Below are positions 38,118 through 40,649 of a DNA stretch of 40,649 nucleotides, piece by piece (within the stretch, counting starts at the first letter, position 1; each line of letters starts with the position of its first letter). This stretch comes from a virus, in IMG/VR virus record IMGVR_UViG_3300020138_000004, positions 1 to 40,649 of that record; one strand, given 5' to 3'. Position numbers and translations under genes: made by a program. The notes under the pieces are model-generated. The model searched no databases. It saw nothing but the letters and a program-made list of their open reading frames with translations, and was not told the DNA's origin.

Positions 38118-39173
38118 ATGATCACCAAGCTAACAAAACAACAAGAAGCAAAATTTCCCCTTTATGTCCGGAAATGGATTGATATTGGCCTTTGCACAAA
38201 ACCTGCTGATCGTGAGAAAGCAGAAAAAGCCATCAAAGGTATGTATGGATTGGCGAAGCTACGGGAGCCTGTTGTTATATGGCTTCCCTGCCCCCTAAGC
38301 GCGGCCATGAGCGCATGTGCTTTCTCTTATTACATGAAGACACGGCACAATAAAAGTTCTGCGGTGGGTTCTGCGGTGGGTTCTGCGGTGGGTTCTGCGG
38401 TGAATTCTGCGGTGCGTTCTGCGGTGGATTCTGCGGTGCGTTCTGCGGTGCGTTCTGCGGTGAATTCTGCGGTGGGTTCTGCGGTGGGTTCTGCGGTGGG
38501 TTCTGCGGTGGGTTCTGCGGGATACTCTTATTTTGGGGGCTCCTTATGGGCTGGCTGGGGTGTTTGGGGATCATATTATGGCCCTGCTGCACTTGATTAC
38601 TATTCCGAGGTTCTTGGTGTTTCGATTGACCTAAACCTCAATGAAATAACTAAAAGTTGCGGCTATTATTGGACGCTTGATGGCGTTTGTTTTGCCAGTG
38701 AACGACCGAATCTAATTAAGTTGGATGAACAAGGACGCCTCCATAGCGAAACTGGGCTTGCGATTTCCTATCCATCAGGATGGGGCCTGTATTACTGGCA
38801 TGGGACACGTATCCCGCCAGAATGGCTTTCTGAAAAAGAAAAACTTACTCCACAGGTCGCATTGACGTGGGAAAATGTCGAGCAGCGCCGCTGTGCATGT
38901 GAAATTCTAGGCTGGGGTAATGTCCTCGAACACCCTTCCTTAAATCCAAAAATCATCGACAAAGACGAACCGCATATCGGTTCACTGATTGAGGTTGATT
39001 TACCAGATGCTCCCAAACAACGATTTATCAAATTCCAATGTGGGACTGGTAGATGGTTTGCAGAACCCGTTAACGACCCAAAGTACAATACCGCACTCAA
39101 AGCTAACGCTGGCGGGAATGGCTGGCGTGGCCTTGGTGACCCTGAGAGTTTTATTCCATTCATTCGTAGCTAA
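38118..39173 (+). CDS. Repeat-containing protein (351 aa), resembles the uncharacterised DUF6745-type family (from memory)
   Basis: The N-terminus is W.DIGLCTKPADREKAEKAIKGMYGLAKLREPVVIWLPCPLSA. The centre is (SAVx)13. The C-terminus is YYWTLDGVCFASERP...DEQGRLHSETGLAISYPSGWGLYYWHGTRIP...ENVEQRRCACEILGW. Confidence 0.7.
   Translation: MITKLTKQQEAKFPLYVRKWIDIGLCTKPADREKAEKAIKGMYGLAKLREPVVIWLPCPLSAAMSACAFSYYMKTRHNKSSAVGSAVGSAVGSAVNSAVRSAVDSAVRSAVRSAVNSAVGSAVGSAVGSAVGSAGYSYFGGSLWAGWGVWGSYYGPAALDYYSEVLGVSIDLNLNEITKSCGYYWTLDGVCFASERPNLIKLDEQGRLHSETGLAISYPSGWGLYYWHGTRIPPEWLSEKEKLTPQVALTWENVEQRRCACEILGWGNVLEHPSLNPKIIDKDEPHIGSLIEVDLPDAPKQRFIKFQCGTGRWFAEPVNDPKYNTALKANAGGNGWRGLGDPESFIPFIRS
38358..38520. 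repeat. Thirteen tandem 12-bp units TCTGCGGTGNNT plus a partial unit
   Basis: Units start every 12 nt from 38358 to 38502. Only positions 10-11 vary (GG, AA, CG, GA), giving the order G G G N R D R R N G G G G. Confidence 0.95.
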
Positions 39174-39189
39174 AAAAGGAGAAAATACG

Positions 39190-39603
39190 ATGATTCACTT
39201 GACCGAAGACATGTTCAAATCTGGAAAGCCTGTCGCACAGGGAGAAGTCCTGATCTGGATGAAAAAATACGCACCGGAATCCGTAACAAAGGCTATTGCG
39301 GGACTAAAAAGCATGACCGCAATGAAGCTGGAAAATGGCCAGCTTATTCTGGGCCATTCAGAGACTGGACACCACCACGTTCTTGAGTCTGTTCGTCCTA
39401 GCGTTTCCATCAGCAAGGTTGCACAAGCCCTTATTGATCAGACCAACGATACGTTTGTGGAACTTAAGCTTTACGAAGACTGCAAGCTGGTACATCAACG
39501 TGGCCACGACACCCACGCAGGATTTGTTCTTCCTGCCGGTGAATATATCCGCGGTATACGTGAAGAGCAATCACCCGAAGGGTGGAGACGGGTTCAGGAC
39601 TAA
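39190..39603 (+). CDS. His-cluster small protein (137 aa), unknown function
   Basis: Track ORF 38989..39603 trimmed to ATG 39190, which follows SD AAAGGAGAAAATACG. It contains GHSETGHHHVL and HQRGHDTHAG and looks beta-rich. Confidence 0.6.
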   Translation: MIHLTEDMFKSGKPVAQGEVLIWMKKYAPESVTKAIAGLKSMTAMKLENGQLILGHSETGHHHVLESVRPSVSISKVAQALIDQTNDTFVELKLYEDCKLVHQRGHDTHAGFVLPAGEYIRGIREEQSPEGWRRVQD

Positions 39604-39607
39604 GGCC

Positions 39608-39781
39608 ATGAAACCGATCATCACAACTGTTTGCGTAACTATGTTCATTGTGTCCGCTGTGTTGAATATCGGGCTGGTGAGCGGATACGTCCGCATCGCC
39701 AGTCCCGATCAACACAAGGAAATGGCTTATGCGGATTCTCAACGTGCGCTTATGTCTGCGCTTGTGGAGGACGTTCAATGA
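39608..39781 (+). CDS. Small membrane protein (57 aa)
   Basis: The in-frame ATG at 39608 gives MKPIITTVCVTMFIVSAVLNIGLVSGYV with one TM helix. Confidence 0.45.
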   Translation: MKPIITTVCVTMFIVSAVLNIGLVSGYVRIASPDQHKEMAYADSQRALMSALVEDVQ

Positions 39782-39978
39782 TGACACTCGCCGAAGCCAA
39801 TAACCGCGCTATGGACCGCCGTATAGGCACTTGCCGCGAAGCAATACGCAAGATCGACGAGGTCTTATCCATGTTCGACGTGCTCGGAGATGCCTCGCTG
39901 GCGCACCTGATAGCCGCAAAAATGCTCATCCAGAACCAAATCACCGTTTATGAGGCAGGACGATGCAACCTGCACTGA
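39778..39978 (+). CDS. Small hypothetical protein (66 aa)
   Basis: The in-frame ATG at 39778 forms an ATGA overlap with the upstream stop. Confidence 0.45.
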   Translation: MMTLAEANNRAMDRRIGTCREAIRKIDEVLSMFDVLGDASLAHLIAAKMLIQNQITVYEAGRCNLH

Positions 39979-40262
39979 AAGAGGACTGGGAACCGGCCAA
40001 CGACAACCAATCATTCATAGGATTGACGATGCAACAGATCGAAAACCTACCGATTTATTTTCACACGGACGATCAGCGGATTAACGCTTTTCTCCAAAAG
40101 AACAGGCTTCACCATGAATTGTTTGGCGGGCGGCAAATTGCCAAGCCACTTAACATCCGCATGGCGAAGGGCGGCAACGGACGCATACGCGGTTTCCTTC
40201 TTATATGCGCCGTTGTCGTTCTCTACCTTTATTTCGCACTGCAAGCGTGGGGGTGGATGTGA
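39963..40262 (+). CDS. Hypothetical protein with a C-terminal TM helix (99 aa)
   Basis: ORF-track ORF. The C-terminus GFLLICAVVVLYLYFALQAWGW is hydrophobic. Confidence 0.5.
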   Translation: MQPALKEDWEPANDNQSFIGLTMQQIENLPIYFHTDDQRINAFLQKNRLHHELFGGRQIAKPLNIRMAKGGNGRIRGFLLICAVVVLYLYFALQAWGWM

Positions 40263-40552
40263 TGGAGCAAGCTATCGGAAAGCCCAGTTGCAATGTGTGC
40301 GGCCAAGTCATGGCAGACAGATACTACCGTGCCTGCGAAACCTGCCGCGAAAAATGGCGCAAGGCCAAAAGCCGAACGCCGTTGCAAGCCAGAAACGCAG
40401 CGCAGGAAATCATCGAAGCCCTCCTGACCGCCCTTCCCTATGTGGAGGACGTACTTGATAACCCCGAACAGCTTAAATGCTTCAAGGCCGGGGCGGTGCA
40501 GCAGGACGTGAAGAAAATCAAAACAGCATTAGAGAAAGCAGGTGCGATATGA
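40262..40552 (+). CDS. Zinc-ribbon-like small protein (96 aa)
   Basis: Track ORF trimmed to ATG 40262, which shares a base with the upstream stop. It contains CNVCGQ...CETCREKW. Its stop overlaps the ATG of the DnaJ-type finger ORF. Confidence 0.5.
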   Translation: MEQAIGKPSCNVCGQVMADRYYRACETCREKWRKAKSRTPLQARNAAQEIIEALLTALPYVEDVLDNPEQLKCFKAGAVQQDVKKIKTALEKAGAI

Positions 40553-40649
40553 GCGGATTTGAGAGTTGCCATTATTGTGGCGGGTCAGGGACGCTGCATT
40601 CAATCAATGGGACAGGATCATGCAGTTGCTCCGTCTGTGGCGGAAGCGG
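40523..40649. repeat. Terminal direct repeat, copy B (identical to 1..127)
   Basis: Same comparison as copy A. It contains the 5' part (from ATG 40549) of the small zinc-finger ORF that is complete at 27..143. Confidence 0.95.

Larger units (their letters stand above)
1..40649. mobile_element. Complete temperate phage genome (podovirus-like layout), circular contig
   Basis: All phage modules are present: int/xis/attP, CI/Cro, recombination, replication, terminase, portal, capsid, tail fibre and lysis. The two ends are an identical 127-bp sequence and ORFs continue across the junction. Confidence 0.85.

Noticed and set aside
38358-38520. Possible CRISPR array or iterons (the same question applies to 29651..29686)
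   Set aside because: The units are 12 bp, contiguous with no spacers, and in frame within coding sequences. These are coding tandem repeats, not CRISPR.
38275-38592. 105-aa minus-strand ORF encoding PQNP repeats
   Set aside because: It is the antisense reading of the 12-bp tandem repeat. The + strand ORF is continuous with conserved-looking flanking domains.

Overview
The window is a complete temperate dsDNA phage genome with a podovirus-like gene layout, assembled as a circle. Bases 1-127 are identical to 40523-40649 (unique length 40,522 bp) and ORFs read across the junction.

Layout:
1. A + strand early/accessory operon starts at an operator-flanked promoter (~37.40 kb). It crosses the contig junction and runs through ERF annealase, YqaJ-type exonuclease, an HNH endonuclease, SSB, a Lar-like anti-restriction gene, excisionase and tyrosine integrase. 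It ends at an attP (~5.85 kb) that carries the 3' part of a tRNA-Leu(CAA) gene.
2. A divergent CI(S24)/Cro switch lies at ~34.2 kb. CI heads a six-gene + strand operon of unknown membrane, lipoprotein and small proteins. A convergent HicB/HicA-like pair follows.
3. About 28 kb is transcribed on the minus strand from cro (34.19 kb) to a terminator at ~6.02 kb.
   - Early part: NUMOD4-HNH endonuclease, RuvC-like resolvase, orphan C5 methyltransferase, replication organiser with an embedded HNH domain, zinc-ribbon plus TOPRIM-helicase primase, a LexA-DBD-only protein and a candidate late regulator.
   - A promoter-leader-terminator unit (26.77-26.96 kb) separates the early part from the late genes.
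   - Late part: packaging genes, portal, scaffold, N4-gp56-like capsid, tail and internal virion proteins, repeat-rich tail fibre, a glycine-rich protein and the lysis cassette.

Most gene junctions are ATGA or TAATG overlaps.

The three best candidates for something undescribed:
- the repressor-linked five-gene cassette (34963-36475);
- the 351-aa protein carrying thirteen 12-bp tandem repeats (38118-39173);
- the Q-like late-control unit with its coupled LexA-DBD-only protein (26768-27757).

All family assignments come from motif recognition by eye. No search or computation was run.
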